In this document: positions 29,674 to 38,953 of the stretch, piece by piece
Layout: every line of letters starts with the position of its first letter
How positions within the stretch are numbered: position 1 is the stretch's first letter
NCBI GenBank assembly: GCA_964609675.1
Contig: CAZSRX010000016.1
Coordinates: 1,659-65,658, forward strand
Direction of reading: 5' to 3'
DNA length: 64,000 nucleotides
Source: an uncultured Bacteroidota bacterium
GTDB taxonomy: Bacteria > CLD3 > SB21 > JBBIRG01
Translations under genes and position numbers: made by a program
The notes under the pieces: generated by a model
What the model was told of the DNA's origin: nothing
Database searches by the model: none
The model's input: the letters and a program-made list of their open reading frames with translations, nothing else

Positions 29674-31320
29674 ATGATCCGAACGATCCTTTGCCTGACG
29701 CTGGTTTTTGCCTCATCCGTCTTTGCGCAGAAAAAATATTCATGGCCGGATGACCAATACCAGAAGATCACGCTTATCTTTACCAATGACGTTCACGGCG
29801 GCATCACGCTGACCGAAGCGTCGTTCATCAATCCCGATTTCCCGCCGATTATCGGTGGAGGGCCCTCGGCCGCCCGATATATCAACCTCTACCGGGAAAA
29901 AGCCTTAGAAAAAAAATGGGGCGTCCTTTTACTCGATCAGGGCGACTGGTTTCAGGGAACGCTGGTGGGTACGCGTTCGGGCGGCTCGGCCGTGTTCGAT
30001 TATATGAACATGATTAAATATGATGCCGCTGTCATCGGCAACCATGACTTTGACATGGGAAAAGACAATGTTGTCAAGCTGGTGGAAAAGGCCCAATTCC
30101 CTGTCCTGGCCGCCAATATCATCGATAAAAGCACCAATAGCATCGCGGATTTTGTGAAGCCCTACCTAATCAAGGAATTATACGGCATTAAAATCGGCAT
30201 CATCGGTTTAGCCACGCGTTCAACTAAGGTCATGAGTTATCCGAAGCATATCGAAGGACTCGATTTTCTGCCGGAAATTCCTGTTGCAAGAAAGTATGTA
30301 AAAAAACTGCGTGAAGAAGAAGGATGCGATTTCATTATTCTGGCCACGCACTCCTGGCTGGACTACAATCCCGCCGAAGGATACGCCAATCTTTTAAAGG
30401 ATAAAGCTAAAAATAAAGATTTTGAAACCAGCACGGCCAGCGCCATCGAGATCGCGCATTTTGTGGAAGGCATTGACGTGATTCTCGGCGGGCATATTCA
30501 CAAGGGTCACGACAAACCCTGGGAAGAGCCGGATAATCATACATTGATAATTCAGTCTTATGCCAACAGCAGTTCATCACTGGGACAGATTAATTTTTAT
30601 TTTGATCGCCGCACCAAAACATTTGCCGGTTATGACTTCGACAACGATAAAGGCGCGATGCTAACGCTATTTGCGGATGAATTCTGGCCGGATCAGGCTT
30701 TTTATGATTCTATCGTTGTGCTGCAGCGGCAATATGAAAAGGGCTTTGACGACGTGCTCGGCGTCAGCGAGGAACCGCTCACCCGTACTGCCGGCGAATC
30801 CACCATGGGCAATGTGGTTGTGGACGCCATGCGGGCCGAAGGCAAGGCGGATGTAGCCGTATCCAATTATGGCGGCATACGGGCCGAGATCAAGTCCGGA
30901 ACCATTACCGCCCGCGACGTCTTTAAGGTCATGCCTTTTGACAATAAAATTGTCCTTATGCGCGTAACCGGTGCGTTTATCAAGGAACTGGTGGAAGATC
31001 GTGTTGCGGGCAGCAGCAACGGCATGCTGGTTTCAGGAATGAAGGTGGTTGCCGACAAGAATCTTCCGGACAGGGAGCGCGTAACCCTTCTGGAGATCGG
31101 CGGCAAACCGTATGACCCGGATGCGCTCTACACCCTGGCGGTTTCCGATTATCTGGCAGAAGGCAATTCCGGTTTCAGCCGACTCACCACCGTCAATCAG
31201 GAAGAAATAGCCCAGACGGGTATTGCCATCCGCGACGCCCTCATCAATTATATAAAAGCGCAGACGCCACTCAAGCCCAAACTGGAAGGCCGTTTCAAAA
31301 TTATTAAGAAAAACCTGTGA
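29674..31320 (+). CDS. Secreted bifunctional metallophosphatase/5'-nucleotidase (UshA/NadN-like)
   Basis: Signal peptide. Calcineurin-like motifs (FTNDVHGG, GNHDFD, GGHIHKGH). C-terminal 5'-nucleotidase substrate-binding domain. Confidence 0.8.
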   Translation: MIRTILCLTLVFASSVFAQKKYSWPDDQYQKITLIFTNDVHGGITLTEASFINPDFPPIIGGGPSAARYINLYREKALEKKWGVLLLDQGDWFQGTLVGTRSGGSAVFDYMNMIKYDAAVIGNHDFDMGKDNVVKLVEKAQFPVLAANIIDKSTNSIADFVKPYLIKELYGIKIGIIGLATRSTKVMSYPKHIEGLDFLPEIPVARKYVKKLREEEGCDFIILATHSWLDYNPAEGYANLLKDKAKNKDFETSTASAIEIAHFVEGIDVILGGHIHKGHDKPWEEPDNHTLIIQSYANSSSSLGQINFYFDRRTKTFAGYDFDNDKGAMLTLFADEFWPDQAFYDSIVVLQRQYEKGFDDVLGVSEEPLTRTAGESTMGNVVVDAMRAEGKADVAVSNYGGIRAEIKSGTITARDVFKVMPFDNKIVLMRVTGAFIKELVEDRVAGSSNGMLVSGMKVVADKNLPDRERVTLLEIGGKPYDPDALYTLAVSDYLAEGNSGFSRLTTVNQEEIAQTGIAIRDALINYIKAQTPLKPKLEGRFKIIKKNL

Positions 31321-31340
31321 TGGCTTGAAGTTATACCATA

Positions 31341-31382
31341 AAAAAACTCCCTGTACGCGATGGTTCAGGGAGTTTTTTTTTA
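31341..31382. terminator. Bidirectional rho-independent terminator between the 5'-nucleotidase gene and hisS
   Basis: AACTCCCTG-N12-CAGGGAGTT hairpin preceded by an A6 tract and followed by a T9 tract. Confidence 0.7.
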
Positions 31383-31397
31383 AGAATACGGTATGAT

Positions 31398-32663
31398 TTA
31401 GGCGCGGGAAAGTTCCTTTTCCATAACCGGAAGGAGCGCGTCCAGAGAAAGCGTCTGCTGTTCGCCGTTTTCCATATTTTTGAGCGTGCATTCATTTCTC
31501 AGGAGTTCGTCATCGCCCACGATTACCACAAAACGGGCATTCAGCCGGTTGGCGTCGCGCATCTGCGCTTTGAGACTGCGGCTGAGATAATCCATTTCGG
31601 CGGCGATGCCGTGGTGGCGGAGCGCCTGCAGGTACGAGGCCATGGCTTCGCGTGCGGCATCTCCCAGGGCCGCGATATACACCATCACCGAGTCCCGCGG
31701 GCCGAATGCCAGGTTCATCGATTCCATAACAAGGATCAGGCGTTCCATGCCAGCCGCGAAACCCACGGCAGGCGTTTCTTTACCGCCTAAGTCTGAGCAA
31801 AGCAGATCATAACGGCCGCCGCCGCCGAGCGCGTTCTGTGAACCCAGATGACTACTTTGGATTTCGTAAGCCGTCTTGGTGTAATAATCCAATCCGCGCA
31901 CCAGCCGTCCGTCCACGGTGTATCGGATGTTCATATTGGTCAGAATTTTCTTTACCTTTTCAAAGTGCTGGCCGCATTCGCCGCAGAGATAGTCATGAAT
32001 CAACGGAGCGTCTTGAGTCAGGGCGATATCGGATTCATTTTTGGAATCCAGAATACGCATCGGATTAATTTCCAGACGGCGCCGGCTTTCCGGTGAAAGC
32101 TGGTCATGCAGGGTCCTCAGAAAATCCGTCAGGGTTTGCCGGTACGGCGGGCGGCAGCGCGGGCAGCCGACGCTGTTGATGATGAACTGCAGATCCCGGA
32201 TGCCGAGTTCCTCGTAGATGGTCAAGGCGACCAGCATCGTTTCCACATCCGTTTCCGGTGCGCTACTCCCAATGGCTTCGACGCCGAACTGATGAAATTG
32301 GCGTAAGCGGCCTTTTTGCGGACGTTCCTGACGGAACATCGGGCCCAGATAATAAACTTTGGTCAGCCCTTGCTGGGCGCCGAGGCTGTTCTGAATGTAG
32401 GCACGCATTACGGAGGCGGTCATCTCCGGTCGGAGCGTGAGGCTCTCGCCGCCTTTATCCATGAAGGTATACATTTCCTTCCCCACGACGTCGGTGGCTT
32501 CGCCGATGCTCCGGCTGAATAATTCGGTATATTCAAAAAGCGGCGTGCGGATTTCCTTATAATTAAAACGCCGCATTACGTCTGTAATCCGCTCTTCGAT
32601 ATAATGCCACTTGGAAATATCGGCCGGCAGAACGTCTTTGGTGCCGGTGGGAATCTGGTACAT
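31398..32663 (-). CDS. hisS: Histidine--tRNA ligase
   Basis: Class-II aaRS motifs and HisRS signature (YQIPTGTKDVLP, FRQERPQKGRLRQFHQFGVE, GGGRYDLL). C-terminal anticodon-binding domain. The ATG is at 32663, one codon after the GTG at 32666. Confidence 0.9.
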   Translation of the reverse strand: MYQIPTGTKDVLPADISKWHYIEERITDVMRRFNYKEIRTPLFEYTELFSRSIGEATDVVGKEMYTFMDKGGESLTLRPEMTASVMRAYIQNSLGAQQGLTKVYYLGPMFRQERPQKGRLRQFHQFGVEAIGSSAPETDVETMLVALTIYEELGIRDLQFIINSVGCPRCRPPYRQTLTDFLRTLHDQLSPESRRRLEINPMRILDSKNESDIALTQDAPLIHDYLCGECGQHFEKVKKILTNMNIRYTVDGRLVRGLDYYTKTAYEIQSSHLGSQNALGGGGRYDLLCSDLGGKETPAVGFAAGMERLILVMESMNLAFGPRDSVMVYIAALGDAAREAMASYLQALRHHGIAAEMDYLSRSLKAQMRDANRLNARFVVIVGDDELLRNECTLKNMENGEQQTLSLDALLPVMEKELSRA

Positions 32664-32687
32664 CACGGTTGACTCCTTTGAAATAAA

Positions 32688-34484
32688 TCAGAATGAACCC
32701 GGAGAATTAATTTCCTGCGATAACCGCTGCAGATGGCCGGATACTTCCACCATTTTCTGGCTTTTACGATGGAGTTCCTTGGCGCTGGCATCGAGGTCCT
32801 TGATGCTGGACCAGACCTGCTCGTGCGCAATCCGCTGTTGCTGGATAGCGATGGATATATTGCCGACGGAATCGGTAACCTGGCGGATGGCGCTATGAAT
32901 TTCCTGAAAAGACAGCTGGGCGTCATTGGCGTTGCGTACCGCCTGATTGACCTGTTTGAGTTCTTTTTCCATGGCCAAAACAGAGACATGGGATGTTTTT
33001 TTTACGTCCCCGATGATTTTTTTTATTTCTTCAGTCGAATCGGAAATATTCTGCGCCAGCTGGCGGATTTCTTTGGCCACTACGCCGAACCGCTCGCCCA
33101 TCTCACCGGCTGTGGCTGTTTCGATGGCGGCGTTGAAAGCGAGGATTTTTGTGTGATCGGTGACATAATTGATGATGCGGATGACATCCTCTATCTGTAC
33201 CATCTTTAAACTCAGGTCCATAATGCGCTGGGAACTGGCGATGGCTTCCTGATGAATATGATCGATACTCTGCAGGGTTTTGTCGAGATGCTCACGGCCT
33301 CTTTCAATTTCTTTCAGACCGTTCTGGGTCATGGTAGCGGCCAGGACGGCATCGGTGGAAATCTGGTTGACGGAGTGAACCAGTTCTTCGACGGTGGACG
33401 ATAATTGCGAGAGGGCGGATGCCTGACTGTATGCCACACCGGCTTCGTATTTGGTAGCGTTCAGGATTTCTTCGGTTTTTTCCCGGATATCCATACGGTG
33501 CCGGCGTATGTTTTCGATTTCCGGCGACCAATGATGCATCAGAAGCATCACCGCGTTGCCCAATTGCCCGCGTTCGTCGCTGAGAAAAAACCCGTATGGT
33601 TTGACAGCGGAGCCGTTGATGCGGTGGTTCAGAAAACGCTTGAGATAATCCTGTGTGTACTGGAGAGGGCGTATCATCGAATGGGAAATTAGCCAGGAAA
33701 TATATCCGGCCAGACCGATCGCGGCAAATAACAGTAAAATCATCTTAATGTAGAAGACATCCTGAAGATGACTATCAATCGGTCGCAAAGCCGCCCATAT
33801 GATAAAGGTAAAGACCGATACAAAAGGAACGCTGATTTGCAGAATCAGCTTGACGCGGTAACTGAGAAAACCGGATTCATCTTCTTTGACGTAATATAAT
33901 GACGGAAAAACGTTGGTAAGTTCCTGGGCTATGGTGATCATGCGGTTTTCTGCGGAGAGAAACACCATGACAGCCAGAGGGCCAAGCAATAACATACCGA
34001 TGAATAAGGCATGCACGATGCCGAGGATGACGGCCGTTGTATCGGCCGGAGTGGCTATCGCAAAAATAATTTCACGGATCAGGATCAGTGCAAAGGCCGG
34101 CGCCAGCAGTCCGTATGCCGTTATGCGGAACGGATAAGCGGTAAGCGCGCCGCCGATGAGTTTGCTGATAAATTCAGAATCGCCATGGAGCGGCCGGCCG
34201 GAGGTCATTTTGAAAAAGGAATAGGCATGCCGTAAGGCGTATCGATGCACCGCGAGGCCGGCTCCCGTAACCAGAATCACGGAAAGCAGAGCCGAAAACC
34301 ATGGATAAACCCGCAGGCTTCCGGATATGAAAATAATGTCATAATAAAAATACATTCCCGCAAGCGTCAGCAACCAGCAAGGCCACAGCAATTCGCCAAA
34401 GAGTCGCCACAGATAGCGGGTGGAGAATGTCGGTGTGAAAACAGGCGTCGAGGAGGGTTTGGTTTCATCGTTTATCGGCGTCAT
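32688..34484 (-). CDS. Methyl-accepting chemotaxis protein with a multi-TM N-terminal module, HAMP domain and MA signalling domain
   Basis: About 270 aa with at least 6 hydrophobic helices. The HAMP-like linker is followed by a methyl-accepting signalling domain (…ASSQRIMDLSLKMVQIEDVIRIINYVTDHTKILAFNAAIETATAGEMGERFGVVAKEIRQLA...). Confidence 0.85.
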   Translation of the reverse strand: MTPINDETKPSSTPVFTPTFSTRYLWRLFGELLWPCWLLTLAGMYFYYDIIFISGSLRVYPWFSALLSVILVTGAGLAVHRYALRHAYSFFKMTSGRPLHGDSEFISKLIGGALTAYPFRITAYGLLAPAFALILIREIIFAIATPADTTAVILGIVHALFIGMLLLGPLAVMVFLSAENRMITIAQELTNVFPSLYYVKEDESGFLSYRVKLILQISVPFVSVFTFIIWAALRPIDSHLQDVFYIKMILLLFAAIGLAGYISWLISHSMIRPLQYTQDYLKRFLNHRINGSAVKPYGFFLSDERGQLGNAVMLLMHHWSPEIENIRRHRMDIREKTEEILNATKYEAGVAYSQASALSQLSSTVEELVHSVNQISTDAVLAATMTQNGLKEIERGREHLDKTLQSIDHIHQEAIASSQRIMDLSLKMVQIEDVIRIINYVTDHTKILAFNAAIETATAGEMGERFGVVAKEIRQLAQNISDSTEEIKKIIGDVKKTSHVSVLAMEKELKQVNQAVRNANDAQLSFQEIHSAIRQVTDSVGNISIAIQQQRIAHEQVWSSIKDLDASAKELHRKSQKMVEVSGHLQRLSQEINSPGSF

Positions 34485-34488
34485 CGGA

Positions 34489-37431
34489 TTATCCTATTAA
34501 GCTTTCCACGGTGTCGATCAGGTTGGTTTGGTCAAATGAGCCTTTGACAATGTAAGCATTGGCGCCGACTTCGATACCGCGCCGTTTGTCATCAGCGGAA
34601 TCCCTGGAAGTAACGATAACAACCGGTATGTTCTGCAGGTTTTTTTCGGCGCGGATTTGCGCGGTCAACGTAAACCCGTCCATGAGCGGCATCTCCAGAT
34701 CGGTTACGATCAGATCGTATGTTTTCTGCCGAATTTTTTCCATGGCATCCAGGCCGTCTTTGGCTGTGTCCACATCGTAGCCATAGGCCTGGAGAATAGT
34801 TTTTTCCACCTCGCGGGTATTGAGAGAATCATCCACTACGAGGATTGTCTGGGCGGTCTTGCGCGCGGCGCCGGAAGCCACCGTGACCGAAAATTCCCTG
34901 GTCGTCAGGATTAATTGAGGTACGTGCAGAATGAACACAATTTCGTTATTGCCCGCAATGGTCGCCGAAGAAATGGTCTTGATTTTATGAAAATGTCTGG
35001 GCAGGGATTTAACGATGACTTCTTTTTCCTCAATGATATCGTCCACAATGAAACCCGCCCTCTCGCCGCTGGCATGCGCGATGATGACGAACAGTTCATC
35101 CTGAGGAACCGATTCCGTAAGGGGCACGCCCATGACGTCGCTCAAAGGGAGGATGGGAATCAGCTGATTGCGGAGACGAATGGCTTTTTTCTGGATGACC
35201 TCGATGATTTCCGAGCGGTTAATTTTCAGCGTTTCCGCCACCGAGGGTATAGGGAATGCGAATTTACTGCGTCCGGTCCGTACAAAGAGGGCGTGCAGGG
35301 AAGTGAGCGTCAGGGGAAGATGGATAGAAAAACACGTGCCGCGGCCGCGCTGGCTGTCGACGGACAAATAGCCCTTGAGTTCTTCCACGCTCTGCTTGAC
35401 CACGTCCATGCCATAGCCGCGTCCGGAGATGTCAGTAATAAAATCCGCGGTGCTGAATCCGGGGAGAAAAATCAGATTAATGATATCATTTTCGCTGAGG
35501 CGGTCAATCGCCTGATCTTCCGGGAGCAGACGTTTTTGCAGAGCGCGGGATTTGATTTTGTCCAGATCCAGGCCGCCGCCGTCGTCCCGGACCTCGATGA
35601 CAATGGACGTGCCCTCGTTACGAGCCGCGATTTCCAGCAGGCCGGTCGGCGGCTTGCCCAGTGCGCGGCGTACATCGGCAGTCTCGATGCCGTGATCAAT
35701 CGCGTTGCGGATCAGGTGAATCAGCGGTTCGTTGAGCTTCTCGACCATTTTCCGGTCCAGTTCCGTCTCCCGGCCGCGAATGACCAGTTCGACCTCTTTG
35801 CCGAGATTCCGCGCCAAATCGCGGACAGCACGGGGATAGGCGTCAAAAATAGTACTCAGCGCTATCATTCGCATGCCCATGACAATGGTCTGAATTTCAT
35901 TGATCAGCAGGGCGAATGCGGCGGCATCTTCGCGGCTGCGCTTGGTGAGGCCTTCAAATTGCTCGAGCATGCGGATGCCGCCCAGCGTGACCTCCTCTTC
36001 CAGATGACTCCATTCGGGTTCGGCATTCCGCGGCAAGGATTTACGCATACGAATAATTAATTCCTGAACCAGCCGTGAATACCGGCGCGTCTGCGTGAAC
36101 AGCTTCCGGAAATCCTGGATATTTTCGTCCCGGCGCATCTGGGCCGTGATGAGTTCGCCGACAGCATTGATCAGGGCGTCCAGTTTGTCAAGGCGGATGC
36201 GGATTTCCTCGGCGACCGTTTTTACGGCCTGCGGCGATTTATCGGGCTCAGATTCAGCGACAGAAATAAACTTTTTCTGGCCGAGCATTTCCCGCGCGGC
36301 TTTCTGTTCTTTCAGAATCTGGTTGAGTTGTTCGCGGGAGATATAGCCGAATGCAATAAGGCGCTCGCCCAGCGGAATCCGCGCGTCAGAATTCCGGTTG
36401 ACATGAAATAACTGCTCCCGGGTTATCAGGCCGGCCTGGATGAGCCGTTCACCGAGACTGTCGGCGGGGGACAGTTCCTGGCCGGCGACGACGGTTTCCA
36501 GATGGGCGCCTGTCTGTCCGATGGCAGCCTGGGTTACGCCAATCCGCGCGGCATCTACCGGCTGACCTTCGACAACCTGATCCAGTAAATCCAGTATGGC
36601 CACATCCTTGAACGATTCCTGTCCGCCCTGCTGTATGGCTGTCAGAATTCTGCGGATAACTTGCATCGTATTCGTAATAATGTTCAGGTAATCGGGCTGC
36701 CATGTGGATTTTTTTTCCCAGATCTGACGATAAATGGTTTCAATCCGCTGGGCAATACTGCTGGTGCTTTCAAATTTGAGCATCCGCGCGGATCCTTTAA
36801 GCGTATGAGCGGCCCGAAAACCTTTTTCGGCCGCCGTCATATTATCCGGCTCTTTATGAAGAACGGTACCAGCCTCCGTTATGGACCTGACATGTTCTTC
36901 CGCCTCTGTAATAAAGCGGGTTATAAAAGCGGATTTGTCCAGCACGATCGGTTTATCGCTTTTTTTAACCGGTACCGTCAAAGCAGGTTCGGCGAGTAAG
37001 ATTTCCGGAGCGGTTTTGTGCGTTGTGGCGGATACGGCTTCGCCCGGATTTTTTTGGATGGCTTCCAGGCGCTGAAGAAGGGGCTGAATATCCACATGCC
37101 CTTCCTGATTATGCGGTACAGCTTCGAGTAACGCGGACAAACCGTCCAAACTGGAAAGCAAAACATCGATTAGAGCGCTGGTTAGCGAGACCGTGCCTTT
37201 GGAAGCCAGTTGCAGTACATCCTCAACGGCATGGGACAGTTCCGACATCGGGGTTACATTAAGCATCCGCGCGGACCCCTTTACCGTATGAATGACCCGC
37301 ATGGCTTCCTGAAGGAGGTTCTTATCCGAAGGTGTTTTCTCCAGCCCAAGAAAAGCCTGGTTTAACTTCTGGATATTATCGCGTGTTTCTGCGGTAAATT
37401 TTTGGATAAATTGTGTACGGTCGAATTTCAT
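34489..37431 (-). CDS. cheA: Chemotaxis histidine kinase CheA fused to a C-terminal CheY-like receiver (FrzE-like hybrid), with an inserted MshEN-like tandem motif
   Basis: Two HPt domains (HTVKGSARML; AHTLKGSARML). Dimerisation segment. HATPase_c (HLIRNAIDHG, DDGGGLD, GRGYGMDVV). CheW-like domain. REC domain (ILVVDDSLNTREV...DLIVTDLEMPLMDG...K). Residues ~330-380 carry two 24-residue repeats LGERLIQAGLITREQLFHV.../LGERLIAFGYISREQLNQILKEQ that match the T2SSE_N/MshEN consensus. Confidence 0.85.
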   Translation of the reverse strand: MKFDRTQFIQKFTAETRDNIQKLNQAFLGLEKTPSDKNLLQEAMRVIHTVKGSARMLNVTPMSELSHAVEDVLQLASKGTVSLTSALIDVLLSSLDGLSALLEAVPHNQEGHVDIQPLLQRLEAIQKNPGEAVSATTHKTAPEILLAEPALTVPVKKSDKPIVLDKSAFITRFITEAEEHVRSITEAGTVLHKEPDNMTAAEKGFRAAHTLKGSARMLKFESTSSIAQRIETIYRQIWEKKSTWQPDYLNIITNTMQVIRRILTAIQQGGQESFKDVAILDLLDQVVEGQPVDAARIGVTQAAIGQTGAHLETVVAGQELSPADSLGERLIQAGLITREQLFHVNRNSDARIPLGERLIAFGYISREQLNQILKEQKAAREMLGQKKFISVAESEPDKSPQAVKTVAEEIRIRLDKLDALINAVGELITAQMRRDENIQDFRKLFTQTRRYSRLVQELIIRMRKSLPRNAEPEWSHLEEEVTLGGIRMLEQFEGLTKRSREDAAAFALLINEIQTIVMGMRMIALSTIFDAYPRAVRDLARNLGKEVELVIRGRETELDRKMVEKLNEPLIHLIRNAIDHGIETADVRRALGKPPTGLLEIAARNEGTSIVIEVRDDGGGLDLDKIKSRALQKRLLPEDQAIDRLSENDIINLIFLPGFSTADFITDISGRGYGMDVVKQSVEELKGYLSVDSQRGRGTCFSIHLPLTLTSLHALFVRTGRSKFAFPIPSVAETLKINRSEIIEVIQKKAIRLRNQLIPILPLSDVMGVPLTESVPQDELFVIIAHASGERAGFIVDDIIEEKEVIVKSLPRHFHKIKTISSATIAGNNEIVFILHVPQLILTTREFSVTVASGAARKTAQTILVVDDSLNTREVEKTILQAYGYDVDTAKDGLDAMEKIRQKTYDLIVTDLEMPLMDGFTLTAQIRAEKNLQNIPVVIVTSRDSADDKRRGIEVGANAYIVKGSFDQTNLIDTVESLIG

Positions 37432-37471
37432 AATCGGGTTATATTAAACCTATAAAGATATAAGTTTTTCT

Positions 37472-38941
37472 TTATTGTTGCAAATATTGTTTACAGGCAT
37501 TGATTAAGTATTCGGATGAATATCCGAGCGCAGCGAAAGATAAAGAAGTGTCTTTATGCTGCTCCAGAATTTTTATGGTGTTTTTATATTCCCTCCGGGA
37601 ATCGGTTTTCTGACCCTGGAGCCAGTATAACGAAGCCAGCTGGAAATGCGCCAGAGCCATGTCCGGTTTTAAAAACAGCGCGCGCCTGAACTGATCGGCG
37701 GCGGCGGTATAGTTTTTTTCGTACATCTCAATCAGACCAAGCAGGAAGAATATTTCCGCATTCAGCGGATCGTTGGTTTGCATAATTGCGCAAACCTGCC
37801 GGGCATCGCTGAATTTTTCCTGACCGATGAGCATGTGCGTTTTAATGATCAGAAACGGCGTTTCGGTAGCGTGGTGTTCTTCCATGAGTGTGAGCGAGCG
37901 CTCGTAGTCGCCGGATTTGAATAGAGCAAATACCAGGTCGAAGGAATAAGGCGTCTCCTTTTTGGCCGTTTCTTTTTCATCCTTTACGGATAGTACCGTC
38001 TCGGTATCGGGGGTTAAAGAATCCACTTCACGCCGGATGGAGGCGACTTCTTTACGGATAGGGGTCAGATCCCGAGCCGTTTCTTTTAACGGCATAGTCG
38101 TATCCGATTTCTGATAGAGATATACATTGTCGATTTCAACCAGCCGCATGTAGCCGAAATTGTGATGCAGGGTTTCCGAAGATCCCAGAAATAAATACCC
38201 GCCGGTTTTAAGACATTCGCTGAGTTTATGGTTTATATATTCGATTTTTTCCTTGGAAAAGTAGATGGAGACATTCCGGAAAAAAATAATATCCAGATCG
38301 GTCAGTTCCGGCGGGTAGGGTTCCTGGAACAGATTGTGATACTGAAAACGGACCAGAGATTTAACGACGTCATTCACGATGCGGATGTCGGAGCCGGTTT
38401 CTTCAGCCGGTTTGAAATAGGTATTCAGATAATACGGTTCAATAGCGCGGAATGAATTTTTTCCGTACTGGCCACGACGGGCGGATTCCACGGCCTGAAG
38501 ATCGATGTCCGTGCCGATAACCGCGGCATCATACGGGCCTGTAATCATGCGGGATTCAAGAACCGTGACAGCCAGCGAGTACGCTTCCTCGCCCGAAGAA
38601 CAGCCGGCGCTCCAGATACGGATTTTTTTTTCGCTTTTTTGCCGCAGCAGTTCGGGGATGATATAGTTCTTGAGTACGCGGTAATGCGCCGGTTCCCGAA
38701 AAAAATACGTTTCGTTGTTCGTGATCATTTCAGTAAAGAAACGGATCTCAGCATTCGGGTCCGGCGATGGCTGAAGCAGGGCGTGATATTGAACCGGGTG
38801 CGTCAGGCCGAGTTGGTTCATGCGGTCCTGTATTTTTTTAGTCAAGTCGGGCAGTGCGTCCTCGGCGATCTGTATGCCGCAGTGCTCCAGAATCGTTTTC
38901 CGGAAAAGATCGAGAATGTTTTTTGTGAAGCTTGTATCCAT
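37472..38941 (-). CDS. cheR: Chemotaxis protein methyltransferase CheR with C-terminal TPR repeats
   Basis: CheR SAM-binding core (IRIWSAGCSSGEEAYSLAV, FFRNVSIYF). C-terminal TPR-like helical repeats. Confidence 0.85.
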   Translation of the reverse strand: MDTSFTKNILDLFRKTILEHCGIQIAEDALPDLTKKIQDRMNQLGLTHPVQYHALLQPSPDPNAEIRFFTEMITNNETYFFREPAHYRVLKNYIIPELLRQKSEKKIRIWSAGCSSGEEAYSLAVTVLESRMITGPYDAAVIGTDIDLQAVESARRGQYGKNSFRAIEPYYLNTYFKPAEETGSDIRIVNDVVKSLVRFQYHNLFQEPYPPELTDLDIIFFRNVSIYFSKEKIEYINHKLSECLKTGGYLFLGSSETLHHNFGYMRLVEIDNVYLYQKSDTTMPLKETARDLTPIRKEVASIRREVDSLTPDTETVLSVKDEKETAKKETPYSFDLVFALFKSGDYERSLTLMEEHHATETPFLIIKTHMLIGQEKFSDARQVCAIMQTNDPLNAEIFFLLGLIEMYEKNYTAAADQFRRALFLKPDMALAHFQLASLYWLQGQKTDSRREYKNTIKILEQHKDTSLSFAALGYSSEYLINACKQYLQQ

Positions 38942-38953
38942 GACCGCCGGATA

